Assembly: GCA_965649825.1 (NCBI GenBank)
Contig: OZ287704.1
Span: forward strand, 914,301-978,300
DNA length: 64,000 nucleotides
From: Penicillus capitatus
Lineage: Eukaryota > Plantae > Chlorophyta
Direction of reading: 5' to 3'
Shown: piece after piece, positions 39,492 to 52,894 of the stretch
Layout: every line of letters begins with the position of its first letter
How positions within the stretch are numbered: position 1 is the first letter of the stretch
Notes under the pieces: generated by a model
What the model saw: only the letters and a program-made list of their open reading frames with translations
Databases searched by the model: none
Told to the model about the DNA's origin: nothing
Translations under genes and position numbers: made by a program

Positions 39492-42400
39492 ATGAGTGTA
39501 TCACCGACCAGCAGTGAGCGAATTCTGGTATACGTTCTTCTGTGGATGGTCCTTTTCCGATCGGCGAACGCACACCTGACGGCTTTTGCATGCAAACGTG
39601 AGCTCGTTGTTTGTCTAACGCCTTGCATTGCACATCTTGTAGGGGATACAAGCCAAGATGATAGCCAAGCCGAGGCGACATGCACTGCTTCTTCTCTTCA
39701 ACAAGGCCGAGATTTTTCTCATTTGGGAACAAAAATCGTCGATGGGAGCACCTTCCTGACGGAGACAGATGCAGAATGCTGTCAGCAATGCCAAAAAACG
39801 CCAGGTAATAAGGAAAGACAACTATGCGATACAAGGCCGGTGTGCAATGAAGGGTGCAGATCTTGGACACATCTCGTAGAGTCGGGAGGCGAAGGAAAAC
39901 CAAAGGGTGGATGTTGGTTGACCACTTCAAAAAACATCGATGCCGCTCCATTGCTTGACGCTGCCCATTCAGGGTTCGTCAACGCCAGTGGTGAATCCTG
40001 CTTTTTCATGAACTTTTGGAGGGGATTCTCTTATATTTGAGCGTTACAGGGAAGGCGGACTTTACATGCCATGAGTTCCCGAATATTAAATTTGCGGACA
40101 TCTCTTACAATAATGATCAACTTTTTGCCGTCCAGTCGGAATCAGAGTGCTGCAATCATTGCTCTGAAGAAGCCCCATGTACAACCAACACTTTCAGTTG
40201 AGCAATCGGAGGTTGTGTTGCTTAAGTGTGTCACGGATCGATGATTGACGAAAGAGATATGCTCTGTCGGCTGTATGCCCGCATAGAACACCACCAACGA
40301 CCGATTTGTTTAACCTGCAAAAGTCAGACAATTCCTGACATCGAAAGTAAAAGCATGGGTATGGTCGTGTCGATATGCCAAAGAGCTGTCTGTTTAGAAA
40401 TTAAGCCTTCTGAGGCGGTTCAACAAATCATTGACACCTCTTGCGCCTCAAGAGTGACAACAAAAAAAGGTTTATTGATCAAAGGCTCGACTCTGGTTCC
40501 ATCTAAAGCGTTACCTAAAACTGATTCAAACGAGTGCTGCAATCTATGTGCCATGGCTCGAGGTCGATGAACAAGCACAATGTGCAAAATGCAATGCAGT
40601 GTGGAGTTCATAGAGTGCAAGTCATGGAGCTTCGTGGAGTTTTCGGCAGAGTGCAAGCTCTTTGGACACATTCCCGTATCCTTTGTCGAAGGAGAATCGA
40701 AAGACATATCTGGCATTGTCGCTCCAAAAGGTTGACACATATGCGTAACATTAAGACGAATGCCATTGCTTTAGTGTGCGGAGATCCTCAGTTCAGAGTA
40801 AGAAGAGCCGTCCGTTTCACACTCGACTCAAAATTGGAGAGCATTAATCAAGCAGAGGCAAATGTTTTCCCGTCTTCCGATGTCAATGAGTGCGGTCTCC
40901 GTTGCGAAGAGATCCCGGGTAGACATTGCCCGAGGTCTCTCGTCGAACAACAAATTTTCCTTTGTAGAATGTAGAGCGTGGACCTTTGATGCCGAATCTA
41001 GTAACTGTTCGGCATTTAATCAGCCTGCATTCAACGTCCAGCGCTGTGAGAATTGCTCCTCAGCTCTTAACCAACCTAGATATGCCACACCCGAAGACAA
41101 TGAACTGCTCAAGGTCGTTTTTGCACGCTGTTTGGGGAGGACAAGTGAAAAGATGTAGGATATCGAGAAAAGAATCGCTAAGATAGCGGATACGTCCGAT
41201 TCTGCTTCACCGTCTGAATCTGAAGATTCCAAACAGGACGACGGCGACGATAAAGATTCCGGTTTTCTGGGTATTCTCTTGGGCATTCTGGGATGCATCG
41301 TCCTCATTCTCATCTGTTTGCCAATCTTATTCCAATACAAACAATACAGGAGGAATCGGACAATCAAGGCCGAAAGGGAGAAGATTTTTAGTTCCCAGAA
41401 CCTAACTCAGGGGTGCTTGCTTCTATTTTTGAGCCATTCTAACTACGTAATGAACTTCTAGGTTAGATCCCTTGCAGTACGTCGACGAACCTACTGGAGA
41501 GTCATCGGCGGTTAACCAAAACGCCATTCGGGGCGATCCTTTTGCTTATGCTAGGTTAGAGAAGCAAGAGGATCTTTTTGGACGTGGATCTAGCAGCCAT
41601 ATGCAACCCGAAGAAGACAGTCTCATTCAACCCGAAGGCAGTCGTCTCATTCAACCCGCACCAGCAACGGAGCTCACAGCCGATCAATTTCAGAATCTGC
41701 ACGAACTGATCGACGCCAGCAAAGTCAAGAGTGGTTTCTTCGAATTCCGTTCCAGCTCTTCGATCAAAATTCGGGAGTCCGTGCTGGACAGTGTTCTGCA
41801 GTTGGAGCCTGGGAAGGTGGTAGCAAGTACGTTTGCCTGTCACATCACGAAATGCCTTTTGGTTTGTACGTGCAACAGATAAGTACGAGATCGAGGCAGG
41901 GACGAAGATTGGACAGAATAACGCCATTGTGCCAGCGAGGGTCAAATTCGGCAAAGGGACTCCAGTCGTTTTCAAGTTCTTCAAGAGTAAACAGGAATTT
42001 GAACGCGAGTCATCCTTCTATGAAAAAACAGTCTCGTCCAACTTCCTCCCAGATGTGCAGCCCGTTCTCATCTACCACCACCACCATCATATGTCCTGTC
42101 GTTCTAGGTGTTGGACATCTATGATGAGGCAAACGCTGCTGCAGTGGGCTTGCCCTCGCTGTGTGGACTGGTTCTGGAACGGGGAGATCATTCACTGGAG
42201 GACTGGTTGGCGAAGCAAACACGCAACATGGATCTGATGGATCAGCGCAATATACTGTACAAGATCTCCCGTGGTGTACAGTTTCTGCATGACAGTTGGG
42301 TGGTTCATCGAGATTTGAAGCCGGGAAATATTGTGATCTTCACGTCGAATCTCTTCACCCTGAAGCTTATCGATCTGGGATCTGCCTGTCGCCGAGGAGA

Positions 42401-43584
42401 TCCAGCGCCGATTGAGTACACACTGCGATATGCCCCGCCCGAAATCGTCACTGCCCACAAGAACCGGGATCCGACCATCATCGCACATCCGTCGGCGGAC
42501 ATGTGGTCATTGGGTCTCATTTTCTGGGAGGTTTTGGTCGGTGAGCCGTTGTTTGGAACCAAGTATACAGAAGAAGAGGTGCGTTAGATCTGTTCCTATA
42601 CGCCTGACCGGCGAGATATGTCTCTGTTTTTGCGTTTAGGTGATGGCGATGTTGAGTGGCATACAACCGTTACCCTTTGAGCAGTATCCTCAGATGTGGG
42701 GACAGATTTCGCATCGATCGGCGCGGCGAATGGTGCGATCGCTTCTGGAGCGACATCCTGATGCTCGATGGCCCATTCAAAAGGTCATCGGCAATGCGTT
42801 CTTTTCGTTGGGACAGGACACCGTGGCCGAAGCTGAACAGATCGAGGCTTTTGGCAGCAAACTTCAAGAAATTGCCGAAGGCGTTTCGTACATCAAACAA
42901 GGCATCACAGCACTGCAAGAAATCTCCGTCGAAAATCTCAAACTCACTGCCTCGCAAGCACTCATTGCGTGCATCAGCTTCCATGAAATCGATCCTTCAG
43001 AGCTGGAGCAGCGGGTCATTAGCGGAGACGACATTGCTCGACGTTATCAAAATCGTCAGCTGCAGTGCGTCGAAGCTCCGTTGGAGCCGAACTACAATCT
43101 CTTTGTTCAGAGTGGCGATGAGCCAACGACGCTCCTGCGCATTGACCGTCAGCATCTGGTCCGAATCAGTCTCATGACTGCAGGAGATGTCAAAACCGAA
43201 TTGCCGATATCTGAGATTGTGTGGATCAAATTCTGGCCGACAGAACTGGAGCCAGATGGACAGGAGTCCAAATTCTATCCCATCCTCTACGAAGGGCACT
43301 ACACGGAGGGTGTTGCTTATTGGAACACCACGCTTCATCGTGATCTCTCCCTCAAACTCCAGGGAAAGACGTCTGTTGACGTGTCAATCGGGTTTCGCTT
43401 GAAGGGAGCGCAGGAGATCATGTTGATCCAGAAGACCATACTGATACGCATGCATCCAGAGAGAGCGCAATTTCGTACAGTGAAGGCATACAATCGAACG
43501 AAAGCTTTCTACAATAATCTGCCTCAGTGGGCAAAGGCCTACATTCATGGGAGTATTGTTATTGCCAAGCTGGCCTTAGGCTGA
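39492..43584 (+). CDS. Receptor-like Ser/Thr kinase with about four PAN/Apple ectodomains, TM, kinase and C-terminal extension
   Basis: Signal peptide; repeated (D/S/N)ECCxxC...C-x-(S/A)-W-(T/S)...C units; TM FLGILLGILGCIVLILICLPILF; kinase VVFKFF, HRDLKPGN, LIDLG, YTLRYAPPE, DMWSLG. Confidence 0.85.
41601..41663 (+). repeat. About 2.5 copies of a 24-nt coding tandem repeat (MQPEEDSL/IQPEGSRL/IQPAP)
   Basis: atgcaacccgaagaagacagtctc attcaacccgaaggcagtcgtctc attcaacccgcacca. Confidence 0.8.
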
Positions 43585-43806
43585 TAGAGGACGTCACAGA
43601 AGGCAGCCATATGTCTAAGTGGCAGACAAAAGAATGGTATTTTAAGGCGAACCCATCAATATACCTGTAACGGCAATGGACTTCAAAAATGAAAGCCCGG
43701 ATGTCAAACAAACCAGAAATAATATCGTAACAAGCGGCCATGTACAAAAAGAGTGACCTCAACAATGACCGCTTTCTTGTGTAAGAGCATGCTTGCTTGC
43801 TGCGCT

Positions 43807-44665
43807 TCAGGGCGTCTCGGCGTCAGATGATGATCCAAACTGCCCGGCATCGCCCAGTTCTCTCAGATTCTCTAATTGTGTTTTCTTTTCGTCAAGGAGA
43901 GTCAGCAATCTCTCCGTCTGTTGATTGACGAAGGCTGTCTCGCGGCGAAACAGTTCGTCCAGTTCGCCATCGTCCTCCTGTCCCGGACTGTCGCGGGTGA
44001 CTGGAGTCTCGGCCCGTCTCTCGACATTCATCTGCGGCAGACTGCAGCGAGGACATGTGTTCTCTAGCCAATCGAATGCTTACGAGAATCCGGCAACCTG
44101 TAGCTTCCGCTCAGCTTCATTGCGTTCCGTCTCGTCTGCCTCCGACAGTTCCTCGTTATCAAAAACCTCCCACACTTTCTCCTCCAGTCCCCTCGGGTCA
44201 CCAAGGTAGGGATAGACGTCCTGAGTAAACCAGCCAACCCCCAATGCACATCTCATAGATCTGAAGAATGCATGATAGCATTACCGTCAGCATATCGTCC
44301 AGTACTTCACGCGCCTCTTGAGCCAATTCTTTGGCCAGACGGTACTTCAGAATGGACACTTCCATGCCTCTCTTTATCGCTTCTAAATCTGATGTCTTCC
44401 AATCCTTGCAATCCTGCGCGATGTAACGCAGGTGATATATCTGCGCAGTCCGTCGCTCTTGTTCACCGCACAGTAGCGCACTGGACGACGGTACTTTGTC
44501 TTGGAGCATCTTCTTTCGCTGCTCGAGGTATTTCTTAAATGCCGGTGTCAACAGCAGACGATGGTAACGCCGTTCGCCTTCGAGTTTCTAAATATGGTCT
44601 GTCTCAAATGGTCACCAAGGCACATGGATTACTTCTCTGCGCTCGAGCAGGCGTGTACTCGACAT
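43807..44665 (-). CDS. Hypothetical coiled-coil protein, multi-exon
   Basis: Chain of ORFs joinable by GT-AG introns (MSSTRLLERRE|KLEGERRYHRLLLTPAFKKYLEQRKK ... LDELFRRETAFVNQQTERLLTLLDEKKTQLENL). Confidence 0.5.
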
Positions 44666-44792
44666 GTTTTTGACGATGGACCGTCAACGGGTACGGATCA
44701 AAGGTGGTTCAGAAACACATCTGCCAATTGCGACACAGTACATCAGCTTCTTGCAAATACGTTCACAATGCATCTTTTAGCGTTCGAGTGAC

Positions 44793-46684
44793 TCAGCGTG
44801 TTAAAACGTGGCGTTTCTTATGGATGTCGTGCCCGGACACGGCTGAAGTTGACAGTCGACTGCGACGGTAGCGCATATGGACCACATCTGCCATCTCGTT
44901 CAGCACCTGCGTCGCACATTATCCAGGGAAAGGGAAGAATTGAACGGACCTCGAGTCCATAGTCGAGATCCTCATCGGTATGGGAGGCCGAAATACAGAT
45001 GCGTGCTCGAGCTGTTGTCAATGTCGTTGCCGGAAATCCAACGACGACGACGGCCACATTTCGCTCAAAACACTCTCTGGATAGCAGTGGCACCTTGGCC
45101 GGGGCGTAGAGCATGATCGGCTGCAAAAGGTGTCTGAATTGGTGGAGATGATGGGATGGATGGCTGCTTACGATTACGGGTGAATCCCAATCGCCCAGTG
45201 TTGTTAGACCCATTTCCATAAGCTTCTGTCGAAAGTAATTGGCATTCCGATGCAACGTCCTTATCTTCTCAATTCCTCGCTGCGTTCCATCCTCTCCTCT
45301 CAACAATCTGTCGCACACCACGGAGAGATTGCTGGTAACGTATGTGCGCTGATCACTTGAAGGCGCTCAAGATCTGTTCGACGGCCGGAGGCGACATCGA
45401 TGCGGCATAGTGCTGCGTTGGACATCTCCTTTTCAAGTAATGGATGATGTGACTTGAGCCGCCGATGTAGCCGCCACATGACCCGAAGGATTTGGTGAAG
45501 GTGCCCATCATGATGTCGACATTGCGGGGATCGACACCCAGTTGTTCACAGATGCCCTTTCCCGATTTGCCGAGAGCGCCGATACTGTGCGCCTCATCGA
45601 GATACAGATACGCCTTGTATTTCTTCTTGAGCTCCATGATCTCCTTCAGGCGACACATTTCGCCCTCCATACTGTAAATGCCCTCGACAATGATCAAAAT
45701 CTAAAGAATCCGTGATGGAGTGTCATCTGAGCGTATGTCTACATGGGGAGACCTTCTTCCATGGACGGTGTGTTCGTGGTTGTCCCTCAGCGATCTTTGC
45801 TCTCATGACATCTTCCAAGTGTCGCACATCGTTGTGACGAAAGACGTGCACTTTGGCACCCGATCCGCGAACGCCAGTCACAATGGAAGAGTGATTTAGG
45901 GCATCGCTCATAACCAGACAGCCCTTGCCAACGAGGGCCGGGATCACGAAAGAATTGACAGCAAAGCCCATTCCGTATGTCATGGCACTCTCGACGCCAA
46001 TAAACTCGGCCACCATCTCCTCCAGCTCACGATGGATCTTAAGCGTTCCTAATGAAGCACACATTCCTTCAGTAAACACACACGTGTTAAGCACCCACCT
46101 GTCTGCGATCGTGAACTGCATGTTCCCCATCCCCAACGATCGAGGGTGTCCAACACCCGAGGCGTACAGTAAGCATCCGACGACGCGAATCCGAGATAGT
46201 TGTAAGATCCCAGATTTAAACAGGGTCGTGAAGCGCCTGTCAATTCCAACGTCCTGCATAAAGACATAGCGACGCTGCAAAGGTTGGCAGGTGTCTTCCA
46301 CTCGATCTCACTGTTCGCCACGCGCAGCTCTTCTTTCGAGCACGTTGATCCATGACGTGGGGGCACTGTTTATTGGGCGATTCCAGAGATCCTGTTGTCA
46401 GTACAGCATCCGCAACGATATAGTGAGGAGGTGACAACTGACATGCATACGCAGATAGACGCGCCGGACATAGAAATCTTCATAGTCTTGCTTAATCGGT
46501 GCATATCCCTGCAGAATCACACAACCACCGGTGGGCTCTTTCTCGTGTATCGGACCGGTTGTGCATGGAGACGTGAGAAATGATTGCGGAAGAAGTCGCG
46601 GATGTGTCCAAGGAGGAATAGAAACATCCAACTGAGGTAAGTGAACAAACCGACCAGCACTGGCGGACGCTCGTCTTCCATCAT
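44793..46684 (-). CDS. LCB2: Serine palmitoyltransferase subunit LCB2
   Basis: [58 protein letters not shown]-lysine motif GTFTKSFG. Confidence 0.95.
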
Positions 46685-46746
46685 GAGACGCGAAAGCAAA
46701 ATGACAAGGATGGATAGTCGTCATACGGTCATTCTCAACGGCGACG

Positions 46747-49163
46747 ATGGAAACGAATGGCGTCGCCGGTTCGTCGCGAAAGGACACGGAAGTGCGCCTT
46801 CCTCGAACGACTCGAGTCAAAGACAAGCGACCAGCGGAACGTCAAATCACAGCAGAGCAGATTCTGCGCACGGCCAAGGAACTGCAATTGGAGGATGACG
46901 TCAAACCGCCTCGTCAGATCATTACTGCACCGGGAGAGCTGCGCACGTATAAACTCCGCAAAAGACGTGAATTCGAAGACCTCATTCGGCGCGTTGGGCG
47001 CTTTAATGTGAGCTGTTGGTTCAAGTAAGATCATACATTGTGTGAGATAAGAGATAGAGTGAGAAGCGTGATGCGGTGCTGCTTAGGTATGCTCAATGGG
47101 AAGAAGCACAACGCGATTTTCGTCGTGCTCGGTCGGTCTGGGAACGATGCCTGGATGTGACCTACACAAATGTCTCCGTCTGGTTGAGATATGCTGAAAT
47201 GGAGATGCGGAATCGCTTCATCAATCATGCACGGAATGTATGGGATCGTGCCGTGAGTCTCCTGCCAAGAGTGGATCAGCTATGGTACAAGTACATTCAT
47301 ATGGAAGAGATGCTGGGCAATGTGGCGGGTGCCCGACAAGTCTTCGATCGATGGATGGCTTTTGAGCCAGACCACGAAGGATGGAATGCCTACATTCGTT
47401 TCGAACTGCGTTATGAGGAGGTGGAGAAAGCGCGGGATGTCTTTGAGCGTTACGTCCAGATTCTGCCAGAGGTGAAGTCCTGGGTCCTCTATGCCAAATT
47501 CGAGATGAAGCATGGAGAAGTGTCCCGTGCCAGACAGTGCTACGAACGTGCGATCGAAGCGCTCGGAGAGGATGGCGAAACGGAAGAGCTCTTCTTGCGG
47601 TTTGCAGAATTTGAAGAAATGGTGAAGGAATATGATCGAGCTCGTGTGATTTACCAGTTGCTGGCTCTCAGTCTGATCTTGTCTAACAACTGAATGCTCT
47701 TAGGTTTGCTCTGGATCGACTGCCCAAATCTCAAATTGAACGAGTGTACCAGAAGTTTCTCGCCTTTGAGAGGAAACACGGAGCCAAAGACAGCATCGAG
47801 AATGCAGTTTTCAGCAAGAGACGTGTAACTTACGAAGATCAAGTCAAGACCAATCCTTTGAACTACGACGCCTGGTTTGATTACATTCGTTTGGAGCTCA
47901 GCGCCGGTGGGGGCAGATCTGTGCGAGAATGATAGAGTCATTGTTTTTTTTGCCAGGCGATGTTGAGAAGATTCGGGATGTGTTTGAGAGAGCGGTGTCG
48001 CATGTGCCGCCGGGAAATGAAAAACGGTTCTGGAAGCGCTATATCTACATATGGATCAATTACGCTCTGTTCGAGGAGCTCGAGACGAAAGACGTGGAAC
48101 GAACACGCGCTGTCTATCGTGCCTGCCTGGATCTGATCCCCCATCAGCACTTTACGTTTGCCAAGATCTGGATATTGGCGGCGTATTTCGAAATTCGTCA
48201 ACATCAACTGGACGCGGCGAGAAAGCTCTTGGGCATGGCGATCGGCATGGCACCGAAGGAAAAGATTTTCAAGACGTACATCGACGTGGAGCTCATGCTC
48301 GGCAACATCGATCGGTAGCTACTGCTCCCGTGTGAGAGACGGTTGGCGGCATTCCAGAGTTGTCTGTGTGTAGATGTCGAACGTTGTATGGAAAACTTCT
48401 GGAATGGAATCCATCCAACTGCAACGCCTGGTGTCGTTTCACAGAACTGGAACGATCCTTGCAAGAAGACGATCGTGCCCGAGCCATATTCGAACTGGCG
48501 ATTTCGCAGCCACTTCTGGACATGCCAGAGCTTCTGTGGAAATCCTACATCGATTTCGAAATCGAAAACGGTGAGATCTCCATCTGCTTTGCCCGATACA
48601 ATGTGGCACTGTCTGCAGGTAATCGACATCGGACACGCGTTCTCTATGAACGGTTGCTGGATCGAACAAACCATGTGAAAGTCTGGATGAGTTTCGCGCA
48701 GTTTGAAGCAACGACATTCCCCGATGCCGAAGACGATGATGAAGAGGCGGAATCTGATGCCGAGCGACTCAAACGCGCGCGTTCCATCTATCGCCGCGGA
48801 TTCTGTTCCATTCGTGAGACGCAGCCCGATGCCAAAGATGAAGCCGTTCTGCTTCTGGGCGCCTGGAAGAAATTCGAAGAAGAAACAGAATTATCCCCGT
48901 ATACCTCACACCGCATCTCACTCTTTCTGATCCGTGAATTTGTGGTTCTCAGTTCTGAGGAGGAACGGGAGAAGGCAGTGGCAGATGTCGCGAAGAAATT
49001 CCCCAAGAAGGTCAAAAAGAAGCGGGCCATCTACACAGACGAAGGCATTGAGGCTGGCATGGAGGAATACTATGACTACATCTTTGCCGACGAAGCAGGG
49101 GCAGCTCCCAATCTCAAATTACTCGAAATGGCGCAGAAATGGAAGAAACGTAAAACGGAGTAG
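46747..49163 (+). CDS. CRNKL1: Crooked-neck / CLF1 / SYF3 HAT-repeat splicing factor
   Basis: [17 protein letters not shown], many HAT repeats ([38 protein letters not shown]), C-terminal EEYYDYIF...[12 protein letters not shown]. Confidence 0.97.
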
Positions 49164-49584
49164 ATGAGAGATTCCACGACGATTCTGTCGACGATGCGAG
49201 ACCGAACGAACATACTCTCTCACGGTCGTACGTACGCACATCTATCTATCTGCGTACATTGTGCCAGAATCCGATGAAACGGCATCTGCACGACGTTTCT
49301 GCCATTCCTCCGTCCGTAACTCTATCGAAACGGCGCGACGCCATCGCTCCCTCTCAAACAGGACACGTGGCTTTCGACATCGTTCCCCGCCGACGACGCA
49401 TCTCAAGAAACTCAGGTGACCGATACATTCATTTCCTCTCGGCTGCGTCTTTGCGTCGTTTGGGCGTCTCTTCGCGACCCCGCCGCTTTTAAATTGACTT
49501 TCGTGCAAATGGCGATTGGCGTGTAGGTTTTCGTTTTGTCAAGCGTCTAGCGCGTTTATTGAGTGACGTGACGTGTGTTGCGCC

Positions 49585-51374
49585 ATGTCGTCGATCAAGA
49601 AACGCAGTCCACGACGTTCGACGCCACGCGGTCGGATCACCAAAGTTCCATGTCCATCCAAGACGCCACGCCGCCGTCCTTACTGGATGCGAAGCGATCC
49701 GTGTCCCAGTCCCATCATGACGCGTATCTTCCGAGTCACCCCAGCGAAGCGTCGTCCCCTCTATCCTCACACCATCCACGCCGATCGTCTCATCCCTTTC
49801 CGACCCGACAACACACTCGACGCCGCAAACCGACGTCAAGAGGCGCTCGACACGCTGCGCGAAATCTCGGACTCCAAGAAAGTGCGATCCGACGTTGCCT
49901 CTACTGGCGGCGGTCTATGCTGGTATGGATTCAGGGAGATAGTGTAACCACTTACTACACCACAGCCTTGCAAGGAGAGATTCTGAATGCGCCACTGCGT
50001 GTGAAGGTCGACAGAGAACGAGCCGTTCTTCAGGCGTTACCCGATCGTCTGTTTCTGCATTTCTCTCGACCTATGAATCAACCGACCCATTCTGACCAGC
50101 AACTCGCGACGCATCCACTTCAACGCGGAAAACTGAGCAGAGCTCTCGATAGGCACGGCGAGTTCTCAGCATCCGAACGCGTCATTGCCAAAGCGCCTTA
50201 CAAAGTACAGTCCGTCCACGCACGACACATGCCGCCCTCAAATGGCTTCGCTTTAGATTTTGGACGCTCCTGACTTGAAAGATGACTTCTATTACAATTT
50301 ATTAGACTGGTCTTCCAAGAACGTATTAGCTGTGGGATTGGGATGTGCTGTATATTTATGGACAGCCACAACTGGACATGTCGAAGACGTGAATGCCGAA
50401 GATCGAGCACGTGGAGAAGTGAGCTCCGTGGCGTGGAGTCAAGGCGCCTCTGCTTTGGCAGTGGGCAGTCGAATCGGAACCCTTCAGCTCTGGGATCCTC
50501 ATACAAAGCAACGTATTATCACTTTCCTTGAACAGGCCAATCGCGTCGGCAGTCTCAGTTGGAATTTGAATAAACTGGCAAGTGGCTGTCGAAATGGAAA
50601 TATCCAGTACTTTGATCATCGATGCCGCAATGCCGTCCGTGTGATCAGTGGACATCGATCTGAAGTCTGTGGCCTCAAAGTACGTACGGCCACCGTACAC
50701 ATAGTTGAGATCGACGTGTTGGATCGTGTGCTCAGTGGTCGAGTGATAACCTCCACTTGGCTTCGGGAGGAAACGACAACCGTGTGAATATCTGGGACAT
50801 TCGCAGAACGGAGAGGCCAATATGGCAGATCACAGAACACACGGCCGCTGTCAAGGCCATCTCTTGGTCACCGCACAACAACAAGCACTTTGTTACCGGC
50901 GGCGGACTGAAGGACGTCCACATCAAGTACGCCCTTAGCGAGAGCGTCCGTGCACGAATATGACGGAATGCCTTATGTACAGAATGTGGAATCTCAATAC
51001 GATGGAGCGTGACATGGATGTCAATGCTTATGCTCAGGTTTGCGGTCTGCATTGGTCTCAGAATGCCAATGAGATTGTGAGCACACATGGATACAATAGC
51101 AACTGTATACAACTCTGGAAGGCGCCAACCATGGAATGCCTCGGAACGTTTCCAGGTCATGCCACCCGTGTGGTCTATCTCGCCGCTTCACCGGATGGGC
51201 AATCCATCGCGACAGGATCAGGTTATGACACGTCACTCGAGTGGCACACGTGTGAGTTGTGTATGGGGTGTAGGTGATGAGAGTGTCCGTTTCTTTAAAG
51301 TCTTTCCTCCCGTCAGTCGTCAGAGAGACATCCGAAGGGCTCAACGAGACAGAGTCAATCTATCTGTGCGCTAG
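49585..51374 (+). CDS. APC/C co-activator, CDH1/FZR/CCS52-like WD40 protein (divergent)
   Basis: C-box DRLIPFR, RVIAKAPYK|VLDAPDLKDDFYYNLLDWS, GHRSEVCGLK, ASGGNDN, HTAAVKAISWSPH, C-terminal VR tail. Confidence 0.9.
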
Positions 51375-51669
51375 AGACTATGTCTCCTGTACATATTGGT
51401 ACTAATGACAAGACATTTCATGATTTGAGAAACACCTGCAAACATGAAATCTTGTTCGCGAAAAAGCAGGCATCTGTGACGCAGCTCCTGCAGAATGATC
51501 ATATTCTGATGGCGTCGACATCTGCCATGTGTCAATCGCAGGGAGTCGCGGGGATGGCTGAGATGCGCCGTCGATCTAGGGCTGCGCAATCGACGTCACC
51601 GTGTGGCGACGCTTTTGATAAGACGTGAACGAGACAAGCATGGCAAACGACGATATCACGTCACTTCAA

Positions 51670-52800
51670 ATGACGCCGCTCTTGTCGACTTTCGGCAGCC
51701 GTCGTTGCAGCAGCGTTCGCTGCTCAAGTCCGTGGCACTTAGCCAGGGCCTCGTCCCTTCGATTCTTCCGTCAGTTCCGCTCCTCAAATCGTCCAGTCAT
51801 GAGCCTCGACCAACACATTCTCACTAAAACCGACGAGGAGAAGGAGGTCCTGTTCGTATCCGACCTGCGTTTGTGATGGATCTCCTGCTCCGATAGAAAA
51901 ATTTGATGGATCAAGTGCATCGTGCTCGATATGATTTCATGTTAGACTATCTGCGCTTTCCTCCTCTTCAAACACGTGTCGCCGGTGTCTCATTCGAAGA
52001 CCGCCAAGTTAGATTGTGTGACTTCTCACTCTTTTGTAGTCGTTTCTCTTTATAGTCTATATTGGAGGAGGTGATGTCTGGCGATGCCGTGATTTTGGAG
52101 AGGGAGCCGCACAATACGCATGATCCTGAGGCAGTGAGGGTTCTGTTACTCGATGGTCGGCACCTGGGCTACATCCCACGAGATCTGACGTCGAATTTTG
52201 GCGAGTTGACAACAGTGGGCCGTGTGAAGTCTGTGGGAATAGGTGAGGGTGGCTACTATGGAGCACAGATCGCTGTTCAGCCTCAACTACCGGCCTTGCT
52301 ACCGGCTTTCTTTCCTCATTCTCTCTCCCTTTTTGCCTATCCGTTTGATGGATATCGAGAGGAGCAGTTGGACAAAATCGTGCAGTTTTTGAAGACCAAA
52401 GAAAACAAGACCTGTGCTGTGACGGGAAGGGAGGGGCCCCTTTGTCCATATCTCTTTTGGAGAGTCCATTTGAATCGAAAACAATACGAACTCAGCGGGA
52501 TCCGTTTGATCCACGCCGATCTCGCCCCGGTCGGACAAATGCAGAACGCCGAGGATGAAAATCTCATGCAACTCTTGGCTGCTGTCAATGGGTACTGGTC
52601 TCACACTTCAGACAAAAGTGTGACATCTGGTTCGGTGTAGATGGACAAGAGAAGAGGCAGAAATGTACGTGCAGGGCTGCTTGGAGAGAAGAGACGCTGA
52701 TGACAGCGGCGAATGGATTGCCCGTTCTGTGGGTCTGCGTAATCTGCTGAACGATTTAAGTCTTCCTTTGCCACCTGCAATGAAAATTAAATCTGCGTAG
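51670..52800 (+). CDS. HIRAN-domain protein with putative organellar transit peptide and degenerate HNH-like C-terminus
   Basis: TRVAGVSFEDRQ|...LEREPHNTHDPEAVRV...LGYIPR (HIRAN); upstream Arg/Ser-rich exon; last exon WTREEAEMY...PAMKIKSA* after a GT-AG intron. Confidence 0.8.
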
Positions 52801-52894
52801 AGACACACGGCAGAAAATTGTGTCGTGTGTCTTTTTCATGGCATCTTTTCTTGTGCCCTTGTCAAGACAGATATCCGCATCTCGTGGATCTGTT

